A stretch of DNA of 62,539 bases from contig WRJH01000001.1 in assembly GCA_009782315.1 (NCBI GenBank), forward strand, positions 1 through 62,539. Reading direction: 5' to 3'. The position numbers and the translations under genes were made by a program. How positions within the stretch are numbered: the stretch's first letter is position 1; every line of letters starts with the position of its first letter. The stretch comes from Alphaproteobacteria bacterium. GTDB taxonomy: Bacteria > Pseudomonadota > Alphaproteobacteria > Rs-D84. Below the pieces are notes generated by a model. The model ran no database searches. It was not told the DNA's origin and saw nothing but the letters and a program-made list of their open reading frames with translations. Of the stretch, positions 1 to 7,604 are shown one piece after another.

Positions 1-98
1 TTTTTTTTTTTTAGGGGGGGGGGGAAAACCTTCCCCCCCCCCGAAAGACCCTTTGTGGCTTTCGGCCCCCCCCGATGGGGGGGGCGATTAACCGGGAA
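1..98. repeat. R1 multi-hairpin G/C-homopolymer palindromic element, partial copy at window edge
   Basis: T12, then G11-AAAACCTT-C10, a GAAAGACCCTTTGTGGCTTTCGG hairpin and a C8-GAT-G8 hairpin. The module order matches 36534-36661 and 40355-40479. Homopolymers are longer than in the other copies and it lies at the sequence end, so part of it may be an assembly artefact. Confidence 0.55.
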
Positions 99-190
99 CA
101 GCACACAACAATGCCGAAACCGGCGGCAAAACAGTCGGGCGAACAGTTTGGTCGAATGCGGGGAAAATGCGACCAGGGCGGGGCGGGCTT

Positions 191-523
191 TCATTCCACC
201 CAGCCCTTTGCGCCCGCCGCCAGCTGCAAAGTGTTCATCGCACTCTGCCACAATCCCGCGCTGCGGTTTTCGGCATAGATATGCTGCGAAGGCGCCCGCC
301 GCCGTTCGCCGAATTTCACCATTGCTTCCAATTGTTCGCGCGTGATGCGGCCCGACAGATGCAGCCGCGTCACCAGCGTTTCAATATCCACCAGTTCGCA
401 TGGCCGGTATTCCGAGGTGCCGGCGCGGCGCAGGCCATCCCGGATTTTCGAACTGGATACGAACCAGAACCACATTTGTTCCGCATCGCGAAACTTTTGT
501 GCGTTATTTGCTGTTGATTGCAT
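191..523 (-). CDS. hypothetical protein (110 aa)
   Basis: Longest ORF in the region, with an AT-rich promoter-like stretch upstream (545-640). No family recognised. Confidence 0.4.
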   Translation of the reverse strand: MQSTANNAQKFRDAEQMWFWFVSSSKIRDGLRRAGTSEYRPCELVDIETLVTRLHLSGRITREQLEAMVKFGERRRAPSQHIYAENRSAGLWQSAMNTLQLAAGAKGWVE

Positions 524-642
524 TGTCTGCTCCCTTTGTTTTTGATTTTTAATAGGTATACAATCCTATACCATTAATTATAGATATAATGCAATACATA
601 CAATCAGTAATTGATATTAATATTGTATTATTGTGGGTTTTT

Positions 643-770
643 ATAGGGGCGGCTCGCGAGCCGCCCTTTGGTTGGGCGCGTTGCGACGCGCCCCTACAAG
701 GGCGCAAAACCCACCCATCGCGAACGAAAGTTCGCGTCGGGGCCCGGGGTATGCGCCCCTACAAACATAA
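643..770. repeat. R3 element(s): GTAGGGGCG...CGCCCCTAC double hairpins
   Basis: TATAGGGGCGGCTCGCGAGCCGCCC-TTTGGT-TGGGCGCGTTGCGACGCGCCCCTAC, followed by a second ...GCGCCCCTAC copy. Same architecture as 34798-34850. Confidence 0.6.
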
Positions 771-790
771 AAGCCCCCGCGGGGCGGGGG
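769..790 (-). terminator. putative intrinsic terminator downstream of the 837-1532 ORF
   Basis: CCCCCGC/GCGGGGG stem (774-780/784-790) followed on the minus strand by a short T-run. Confidence 0.35.
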
Positions 791-836
791 ATTGAATTGT
801 TGGGCGGATAGGTTAATTCTAACCTTGCCGGTTATT

Positions 837-1532
837 CTAGTTATTTCTTTGCTGTTCGGCCTGTTGCATGGCGTTCGCAACACGGCCCAATGTGGTCGCG
901 CAAGTCCGCACGGTATCGCGCAACGGGTTGAACGCTATGCCATCGCAAACTTTCAACGATGTCTTGTTGTCTTCGGTTGGACCGTGCCCAATAATCACAT
1001 CGTAATCTTTTTGCAATTGCCGGGCGGCGATACCGGGATTGGATTCTTGGGTTGCCTTTGTCGCATTGCGTTGTATGCATTGCATCGCTTCTGATTTATT
1101 CCACAGGCCGCTGCAATCGTCGGCGCCGGATATGCCGCCGCCGGATGCGGTGGTGGTGCCGGTGTTTTTATTTGCGGGCGCGGCGCCCGCGGCCTCCATC
1201 TGATTCATCAATGCGGCGCGGCGCAACTGCGTTTCAAGCCGCCGTACCGTCGCGTCCAGAAAATCATATTGCCGTTTCATCTGTTGCGCGACGATGGTGG
1301 ATTTCAGCCGCACGATTTCGTTCATCTGTTCGCGTTTGGCGCCGTCGCCCGGATTTACTGTCTCGCCGGCATTATATGCATGAACAGTGCACAGCACCAG
1401 GGCCGGGTGCACCACCTGGCTGACATCTTCCAGTTTATCAATATTGCATTCGTCGGATACTGTCTGCGCGAACGCGCCGCCTGCGCCCAGGCACATTGTT
1501 ATAATCGAAAAAGATAAAATCAATTTTTTCAT
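837..1532 (-). CDS. secreted hypothetical protein (231 aa)
   Basis: Signal peptide MKKLILSFSIITMCLGAGGAFA/Q. The start overlaps the stop of the upstream ORF as TAATG (1530-1534). Confidence 0.6.
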   Translation of the reverse strand: MKKLILSFSIITMCLGAGGAFAQTVSDECNIDKLEDVSQVVHPALVLCTVHAYNAGETVNPGDGAKREQMNEIVRLKSTIVAQQMKRQYDFLDATVRRLETQLRRAALMNQMEAAGAAPANKNTGTTTASGGGISGADDCSGLWNKSEAMQCIQRNATKATQESNPGIAARQLQKDYDVIIGHGPTEDNKTSLKVCDGIAFNPLRDTVRTCATTLGRVANAMQQAEQQRNN

Positions 1533-3325
1533 TATTCTTTTTTATTTAGAAATTCGTTCCAGGCCTTTTGAATTCCGTTGGTTTGTGGAGTGTATCCGAA
1601 ATTCATATTGTTTAAGTATGTTTCCTTTTGTGTTGGTGTAAGGTTTGGATCATTTTTTATGCTCTCTATTACTCTTGCTGATGCGCTATTGTCCAAAAGG
1701 TTGCTCCCCCCCGTGCTGTCGCCGGCCACACCAAGAATTCCCGGTATATTTCCTTCTTTGACACTGTCACGTCTGACGCACATTTTTGTCGGGACAAGTC
1801 TTGTCTCTTTCATGCGCTGCAAGGCGTCAACGAAACCCTGGGCGTTGCAGAAATTCATCGCCTCTTGCACGGATACCTGGTTGCGTGTTGTTGAACCCGT
1901 CGGCGTCGGTGCCGGCGCGTCTTGCATGACCATCATTTGCAAAACGCCGATGTCGATATTCGATTGTTTCCGCCGGCGGGCGCCAAGAAAGCCGGAATCT
2001 AAAGCCTCGGACGCGCAGGCGACCTGGATATTGGAACCGCCGGTTGTAGTATAACAATTGGTAAGGGTTACGCTGCCGTCCTGATTTCTGGTTTCTGTGC
2101 AAAAGCACCCCTCCGTGCCATTTTTGTCTGGTGTCGCGCATGGTTTCCTGTTGCTCTGTTGTTCCGGGTATATCCAGTTTTGTTGCACAGTTTGATTATC
2201 GGTCAGCATTTTCATCAGCTGGCAGCCGCCAAGGTTCTGTGGCAAAACCTTGCCATTCTGGGCTTGGTTTGGCGGACAGGGCGGATTATTGCCAGTGCCG
2301 CAGCCATTGCAGTTATTGCTGTCTGGAGTCAGTGAATTATTCCACACATTCGCCCCACAGGACGCATAACGAATATGCTGGCCCGGCGTACACAAGAACT
2401 GGCCCCAGACGTGGCACGAACCGTTCAGCATCATATAAATATCCGTAATGTCGACGCCCAGCGTCTGGGCCATTATCAGCGCGTCGTATATGCTGTCCAA
2501 AACCTCTTCGTACGGGTCAAAGAAATTGTTTGCCAACTGCCGAAAGCGCGCCGCGCGCCGCGGACCGGTGCAATCGTCGCCCCGCGGGCCACAGCCGGCG
2601 TATTGGAACGTTGCATCCATGCTGGCATTAACGCGGGCCATAGCCGAACGAACGTCGTCCAGTTTTGATTCTATCATGCCCATCGCCTGTTGGCGGACCA
2701 GTATGTCCGCGCTTATCCCGCTGGCCGCCGCAATCTGAACCGCAGAATCTGATATGGTGGCGGTCGGCGCCGGGGCGGCCGCTTGCTGTTTCTGTTCGGC
2801 CAGGGCTGCCTCCATCCGTCGGCTGGCCTCTTGCTGTTCGGTTAATGCCGCTTCCATTCTTCGGTCGGTTTCCTGTTGCGAACGCATCAATTCTTGCCGC
2901 ATTAATTCTATCTGTTGGGCCGCCGCGTCGTTCGCGGTATTGCCGGCGTCCGCCCGCGCGACAACCGTCGAATTAGCAACCATTTGCGCCGCAATAGACT
3001 GTACCAGCGCGTCGCCGTATGATTTGCAAGTTTCGTTCGCCATTACACAGCCGTTCACTATCCCGACCGCAACCTGCATATCCGAACAACGTCCGCCGGC
3101 GCATTTGGGCGCGGCGCAACGTTGAATCAGCGCGTCGCAATTTCCAAAGTTCGCCGCCGCCGGCGCGCCCGGCGCACTGCGCGGGTTTGTTGTGGCATTC
3201 CATTGTGCGTTATTCATCGCGCCGCCGCCATCGTTGAACGATGTCAGATTTTGGGCGCACACTGGCGCGTGCGCCAGAGCATAGAGCATAGAGCATAGAG
3301 CAAAGATGCGGGCAGGTGTTTTCAT
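1532..3325 (-). CDS. secreted Cys-rich / coiled-coil hypothetical protein (597 aa)
   Basis: Signal peptide MKTPARIFALCSMLYALAHAPVCA/Q. Central coiled coil with internal duplication RRMEAAL(T/A)EQ. Many Cys in the flanking regions. Confidence 0.6.
   Translation of the reverse strand: MKTPARIFALCSMLYALAHAPVCAQNLTSFNDGGGAMNNAQWNATTNPRSAPGAPAAANFGNCDALIQRCAAPKCAGGRCSDMQVAVGIVNGCVMANETCKSYGDALVQSIAAQMVANSTVVARADAGNTANDAAAQQIELMRQELMRSQQETDRRMEAALTEQQEASRRMEAALAEQKQQAAAPAPTATISDSAVQIAAASGISADILVRQQAMGMIESKLDDVRSAMARVNASMDATFQYAGCGPRGDDCTGPRRAARFRQLANNFFDPYEEVLDSIYDALIMAQTLGVDITDIYMMLNGSCHVWGQFLCTPGQHIRYASCGANVWNNSLTPDSNNCNGCGTGNNPPCPPNQAQNGKVLPQNLGGCQLMKMLTDNQTVQQNWIYPEQQSNRKPCATPDKNGTEGCFCTETRNQDGSVTLTNCYTTTGGSNIQVACASEALDSGFLGARRRKQSNIDIGVLQMMVMQDAPAPTPTGSTTRNQVSVQEAMNFCNAQGFVDALQRMKETRLVPTKMCVRRDSVKEGNIPGILGVAGDSTGGSNLLDNSASARVIESIKNDPNLTPTQKETYLNNMNFGYTPQTNGIQKAWNEFLNKKE
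3275..3305. repeat. one-armed heptamer array (AGAGCAT x about 4)
   Basis: CAGAGCATAGAGCATAGAGCATAGAGCAAAG. The antisense strand encodes ALCSMLYAL of the 597-aa signal peptide. Confidence 0.8.
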
Positions 3326-3383
3326 GTTCTCTCTTGGGATTTATTTTATCAGAAAATCACAGAAAATACAATGGAAATGTGTG

Positions 3384-3530
3384 ACTACCCCGGATTTCCA
3401 TCGGCAACAAGTTGCCGGGAAATCCGACCCTTCTGGGAAGGGTATGTCAGAGTGCGATTATGCCCTTCATCAGAAGGGCCGGAAACCTGAAAGTCCGCGT
3501 AAGCGGACGACCAAAGGTTTCCGGGGTAGT
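3384..3530. other. structured intergenic element (nested hairpins), function unknown
   Basis: ACTACCCCGGA (3384-) pairs with TCCGGGGTAGT (-3530). Internal hairpins are CGGCAAC/GTTGCCG, ACCCTTC/GAAGGGT, CCCTTC/GAAGGG, GTCCGC/GCGGAC and CCGGAAACC/GGTTTCCGG. A T9 run follows at 3543-3551. Confidence 0.3.
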
Positions 3531-3580
3531 CCTTGCAACCAGTTTTTTTTTATTTTATAATCAAATCAAAGAGGTAACAG

Positions 3581-4633
3581 ATGAAAAAATTATTAATGAA
3601 ACTATTCGGGCCGAAAGCGCGCAAGACAACCGCCGGCGCATTGGCCGAAAAATTTGGGTTAGAGTTGCGCGGTGCGGCCGACACCGAAATAAAGGGAATC
3701 GCGCCCATCGCCGATGCGGCGGCCGGCCAGCTGACCTTTTATTCCACCGAACAAAACGCCGCGGCGTTCAAAATTCTGCCTATTGAAACTTTGCAAAAAA
3801 CAAAGGCGTCCGTCATAGTTGTCCAACCAGAATTTGTTAAAAAAGCGCCAAAGAGTGCGACGCTGTTGATAACCGAAAGCCCGCGCGGCGCGATGGTCAA
3901 AATCCTGGGCGAGATTTATGCCGAACCGAAACGCCGCGGAATTTCACGGCGCGCATACATCGAACGCGGCGTATTCTTTCGTGATAAAAAGTCATGCTAT
4001 GTCGGCCCGTTCGTCACAATCCGGCGCGGCGCCGTCATAGAGGCCGGCGTCACAATAGATTCCGGCGCATACATCGGGCCCGCCGCCGTCATCGGCGCAA
4101 ACACCGAAATCGCCGCGAACGCCTTTGTCGACAACGTTACCATGGGCGCCGACTGCGTAATAAAACCAAACGCCACCGTCGGCCGCGAAGGTTTCGGATA
4201 TACCCGCCAAGACGGCAAAAATACTCTTTTGCCGCATGCGGGCCGCGTAATACTTGGCGCGCGAGTTTCCGTCGGCGCGAATTCCATAGTCGACCGCGGA
4301 ATGATGGCCGACACGCGTATAGGCGACGGAACCAAAGTCGACAGCGGATGCTATGTTTCGCACGGCGTCGTCATCGGCCGCGAATGTTTCCTGGCCGGCG
4401 GAACGGGCGTCGCGGGCGGCGTCGTCGCGGGCGACAACGTTTTGTTCGGCGCGCAATGCGGAATCGCAAACAAAGTGCAAATCGGCGACAATGTCGAAAT
4501 CGGCGCGAAATCCGGAGTGTTCCAAAATGTCCCGTCGGGTTCGAAAATACTGGGATATCCCGCAATCAACGGCGTCGAATTTCTGCGGATGTTCGCATGG
4601 ACGAGAAAGCAGGTGAAAAAACAAACCGCGTAA
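3581..4633 (+). CDS. lpxD: UDP-3-O-acylglucosamine N-acyltransferase
   Basis: 350 aa with a left-handed beta-helix hexapeptide repeat region. LpxD-type motifs: GREGFGY, RVILGARVSVGANSIVDRG, DTRIGDGTKVD. Confidence 0.85.
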   Translation: MKKLLMKLFGPKARKTTAGALAEKFGLELRGAADTEIKGIAPIADAAAGQLTFYSTEQNAAAFKILPIETLQKTKASVIVVQPEFVKKAPKSATLLITESPRGAMVKILGEIYAEPKRRGISRRAYIERGVFFRDKKSCYVGPFVTIRRGAVIEAGVTIDSGAYIGPAAVIGANTEIAANAFVDNVTMGADCVIKPNATVGREGFGYTRQDGKNTLLPHAGRVILGARVSVGANSIVDRGMMADTRIGDGTKVDSGCYVSHGVVIGRECFLAGGTGVAGGVVAGDNVLFGAQCGIANKVQIGDNVEIGAKSGVFQNVPSGSKILGYPAINGVEFLRMFAWTRKQVKKQTA

Positions 4634-4650
4634 TACGCGGTTATTTTTTT
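4624..4650 (+). terminator. intrinsic terminator after lpxD
   Basis: AACCGCG-TAATA-CGCGGTT followed by ATTTTTTT. The lpxD stop codon lies in the loop. Confidence 0.6.
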
Positions 4651-5449
4651 ACGGACAGGCCGAAAGCAGATACATTACGTTCCGCACGTCGCGGTTTATG
4701 GATACAGTAACGGTGCGCTGCAGGCCGTCCTGGTATGCGAATGCAAACGGCTGGCTTTTGAATTCCGGCGCCGCCGCGTACATTTGCGCAAACGGTGCCA
4801 GCAGACTGTCGAACCAATCGCGCGATTTGCAAAGACACGTGTTGCGGACGTCCGCCATCATTTCCGCCGCGCGATAGTCGCGCGCGTTCGCATCCAAATC
4901 GGCGTCCGATATCATCAGGCATCTTTGTCCCATCATATTGAAATTCGCGTCGTCGAATACGGATTTGTATACCGCCGTGTCGCTGGCGCCTGCGCGTTTC
5001 ATTCTGTAACTCATTCCGTCGCGACAGCATGCGTGCGACGCCCGTATCAACAGCTTGTACCGGTCGATCAAAGGACGCGCCGCTGGAGTGTCGCCGTTTA
5101 TTTCCCAATCGGATGTTTCCGCCAGGCGAACAAGTTCTTCCAAACGTTCCGGCCGCAGGTTACGCGGATTGTTTCCGACGGTTTCCCGCACGTGCGGTTT
5201 GGAAAGCCATATTTCGCATTCGCCCGACGACAGATATTCCGGACAGTCGGCGGACGGTCCGATTTTTAGGCGTTCTTCGGGCAGATATTCCCAATGCGTC
5301 GGAAACGCCGCCATCAGTTCGTCGATGCTGGAAAATTTTTCCCATTCGTAAATGGCCGCGTTTGCAGGTATTGCGCAAACAAGGCATAAGGCATAAGGCA
5401 TAAGGCATATGAGTTTTGTTTTTGTTAAAAATTTTTCCCACATTCTCAT
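4649..5449 (-). CDS. secreted hypothetical protein (266 aa)
   Basis: Signal peptide MRMWEKFLTKTKLICLMPYALCLVCAIPANA/A. The h-region is encoded by the GCATAAG heptamer array. Confidence 0.55.
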   Translation of the reverse strand: MRMWEKFLTKTKLICLMPYALCLVCAIPANAAIYEWEKFSSIDELMAAFPTHWEYLPEERLKIGPSADCPEYLSSGECEIWLSKPHVRETVGNNPRNLRPERLEELVRLAETSDWEINGDTPAARPLIDRYKLLIRASHACCRDGMSYRMKRAGASDTAVYKSVFDDANFNMMGQRCLMISDADLDANARDYRAAEMMADVRNTCLCKSRDWFDSLLAPFAQMYAAAPEFKSQPFAFAYQDGLQRTVTVSINRDVRNVMYLLSACP

Positions 5450-5485
5450 AATTTTTATGCCTTATGCCCTATGACTTATGCCTTA
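5381..5485. repeat. inverted heptamer array (AAGGCAT x4 / ATGCCTT x4)
   Basis: Left arm 5381-5409 and right arm 5456-5485 are reverse complements with 2 mismatches. The spacer contains the start codon of the 4649-5449 ORF. Confidence 0.85.
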
Positions 5486-6148
5486 AAAACCTTTTGGCGT
5501 TCCCATTTTGAAATTGGACGCGCGTTTGTTCAGCGCGGCGATGACTTCGTCCGTAATGTCAAGCCCGGTCGGGGCGCCCTTTGCCACGCGGGCAAAGCGG
5601 CCGTCTATGACCAGCGACAGGTTCTTTTTCGCGGTGATGCCTTCGATAATCGGGTCCAGATCGCGTTTTTGAATTTCAACCAGCGCCTTTTGGAATTCCA
5701 TTTCAATCGACTGGGCGCGTTCGGTCAAATCGCGCTGCAGGTTTCCGACCCTTTGCTGGTAATCCGCCACGCGGCGCTGCAAAGCTTCGCGGGACAGCAT
5801 GTCCTGGGATTTTTCAATGTCGTCGCGTTCTTTTTCCAGCGCTTTCTGCGTCTTGGTCAATTCGTCGCGCAGGCGTGCCTCGAACGATTCCTTTTGCTTG
5901 CGCAGATTGGAAAGGATATCCGCGCGGTTTTGAATTTCGTCCATTCTGACAACCGCAATGCGAAGTTCCGCGGCGGTCACGGAATCGGACGATATGGACG
6001 TCAGCGCATGTTCGACGGAAACCGGTTTCGACGCCGTCCGGGAAATCGCCAGCGCGGCAAGCAAAGCCACAACAATCACGGCGCCCCCAATCATTCCCAT
6101 TTTCGCATAGTTTTTCGGAACTTGTTTTATTTTCATTTTTTTAAGCAT
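5483..6148 (-). CDS. skp: OmpH/Skp-family periplasmic chaperone
   Basis: N-terminal TM/signal segment MGMIGGAVIVVALLAALA, then a long coiled coil rich in E/K/R/Q and a C-terminal DIT..V pattern typical of Skp. Start chosen at the internal MLKKMKIK (6148). Confidence 0.65.
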   Translation of the reverse strand: MLKKMKIKQVPKNYAKMGMIGGAVIVVALLAALAISRTASKPVSVEHALTSISSDSVTAAELRIAVVRMDEIQNRADILSNLRKQKESFEARLRDELTKTQKALEKERDDIEKSQDMLSREALQRRVADYQQRVGNLQRDLTERAQSIEMEFQKALVEIQKRDLDPIIEGITAKKNLSLVIDGRFARVAKGAPTGLDITDEVIAALNKRASNFKMGTPKGF

Positions 6149-6329
6149 GTCGATATCCTTTCGATATTTAGTTCGTCTTTGATTATACCATAAAGCAGAA
6201 ATTGTATAAAGAGAAAAAGTCAGGCTGTTTTTGTCCATTAGGCCGGCTTGCGCATGGTTTTTGGTGTGAAGTGTATAGATGATACATGAACACCAAAAAC
6301 CATGCGCAATGCGGTTTCAGATGGGAAAA

Positions 6330-6992
6330 CTATTTCACCACCGGCGATATGCGGATTTCTATGCGCCGGTTCATTTGCCGGCCCGTCGTGCTTTGGTCGG
6401 AAATCGGGCGCGCGCTGCCGCGGCCTATGACGAACATGCGTATCGGCTTTACCCTGTGCTGGGCCATAAACAGCGCGACGCGTTCCGCCATGTCGAAACT
6501 GAACCGCGTCGCGGCGTTCTGGTCCAGCGACGCGTCGGAATATCCCGCGATTTCAATGAACGTCCGGTCGAATTTGAAAAGAACGCGCGAAAGCGCGCCC
6601 AAAGTTTCCGCGCCGATTTCCGAAATTTCCGCTTCGTCCCGCTCCATAAAGGCGTCGCGGATCATAACCACCAAAACGTCGCCGCCTATGCGCGTGATTT
6701 GTATTCCGGTTTTGCGCATGGTGTCGGAAAGCTCTTGTTCCAGCAACGCCATATACGCCGCGGTTTCGTTCGGTTGCAGCGTTTTATGCCCCGCGTCAAG
6801 GTACAGCGGTTTTTTAGCCATTTTCGCCGTTTCCGTCATGGCGCCGAAACTGGATCCTTTCAGAATAGTGTTCCAGGCGCCGCGTTCGGGCGTTTTATAT
6901 CCGCCGCAGGCGACAAGCATTACAGAGCATAGAGCATAGAGCATAGAGCATAGATATACGCGTTTGAAAAATTTATTTTTTAATATGGACAT
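6330..6992 (-). CDS. OmpA/MotB-domain lipoprotein
   Basis: Lipobox MLVA-C. C-terminal OmpA-like peptidoglycan-binding motifs: IAGYSDASLD...RFSFDMAERVA, GRQMNRRIEIRI. Confidence 0.7.
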   Translation of the reverse strand: MSILKNKFFKRVYLCSMLYALCSVMLVACGGYKTPERGAWNTILKGSSFGAMTETAKMAKKPLYLDAGHKTLQPNETAAYMALLEQELSDTMRKTGIQITRIGGDVLVVMIRDAFMERDEAEISEIGAETLGALSRVLFKFDRTFIEIAGYSDASLDQNAATRFSFDMAERVALFMAQHRVKPIRMFVIGRGSARPISDQSTTGRQMNRRIEIRISPVVK

Positions 6993-7035
6993 TTATATGC
7001 TCTCTATTACTTATGCTCTATTATCTATGCTCTGC
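6923..7035. repeat. inverted heptamer array (AGAGCAT family)
   Basis: Left arm CAGAGCATAGAGCATAGAGCATAGAGCATAGATA. Right arm TATATGCTCTCTATTACTTATGCTCTATTATCTATGCTCTG (imperfect). The spacer holds the start codon at 6992. Confidence 0.8.
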
Positions 7036-7050
7036 GCGCGTTGCGCGCAC

Positions 7051-7572
7051 TTATTCTACCAGAATAGCGACTTTGTTTTCCCGGTCGTTTTTGCAATTTT
7101 CGGCAGCCGGATCGGAAAACGAATCGTTTGTAATAACGTCCGCCGCCCAATCGAAATGCTGCGAAGACAGCCATGCGCAATCGGAAAAGTTAAGCCCGGA
7201 AAGAGTTATGAAAAATCCGTCGCCCAAAGGTTCCGGGGACAATTCCATGCGCGTCGCCATGCGCGGCGGCACATCCGTTTTCAACGCGCCCATTTTTACC
7301 ATATAATGCACGGAAATACCGTCGAATCCGTTTCGTCCCGCGAATAGTATCCGCGCGCCGCGCGCGATTTCGCGCAGCTCTTCGCCCGCCAGCATGCGCG
7401 ACTGGCGCGTCGACACGGTTTGGTATACTTGCAGCGTTATGGCGACCAGCACGCCGCCGATGGCCAGCGCGCCGATGGTTTCGATAAGCGACCGGCCGGA
7501 TTGGGAACTGAGAACTGAGAGCTGAGAGCTGAGAGCTGACCGACCAGTATTTTTATTAAAAAGTTTTTTCAT
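7051..7572 (-). CDS. prepilin-type N-terminal domain protein (type IV pilin/pseudopilin-like)
   Basis: Start at MKKLFNK (7572). G/RSLIETIGALAIGGVLVAITL resembles a class III signal, with Glu at +5 and a hydrophobic helix. The leader is unusually long and partly encoded by the GAGCTGA array. Confidence 0.5.
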   Translation of the reverse strand: MKKLFNKNTGRSALSSQLSVLSSQSGRSLIETIGALAIGGVLVAITLQVYQTVSTRQSRMLAGEELREIARGARILFAGRNGFDGISVHYMVKMGALKTDVPPRMATRMELSPEPLGDGFFITLSGLNFSDCAWLSSQHFDWAADVITNDSFSDPAAENCKNDRENKVAILVE

Positions 7573-7604
7573 GATTATCTCCATTGTGAAACCAGTTCTC
7601 AGTT
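7505..7604. repeat. heptamer array (GAACTGA/GAGCTGA x5) with short inverted partner
   Basis: 7505-7539 GAACTGAGAACTGAGAGCTGAGAGCTGAGAGCTGA. Partner CAGTTCTCAGTT at 7593-7604. The spacer holds the start codon at 7572. Confidence 0.7.

Noticed and set aside
55-345. ORFs that translate the palindromic elements (55-345, 36344-36737, 26221-26490, 49467-49759).
   Set aside because: They start or end inside R1/R2/R3 repeats, and similar peptides appear in several frames and strands. They are typical spurious ORFs generated by repeats.
3384-3551. RNase P RNA, prompted by a GAAAGTCCG string at about 3489.
   Set aside because: The intergenic space (about 250 nt) is too small for a bacterial RNase P RNA, and the other universally conserved blocks are absent.
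3994-4710. 238-aa extremely Arg-rich ORF and other frames overlapping lpxD.
   Set aside because: An off-frame reading of the hexapeptide-repeat region of lpxD, with implausible composition.
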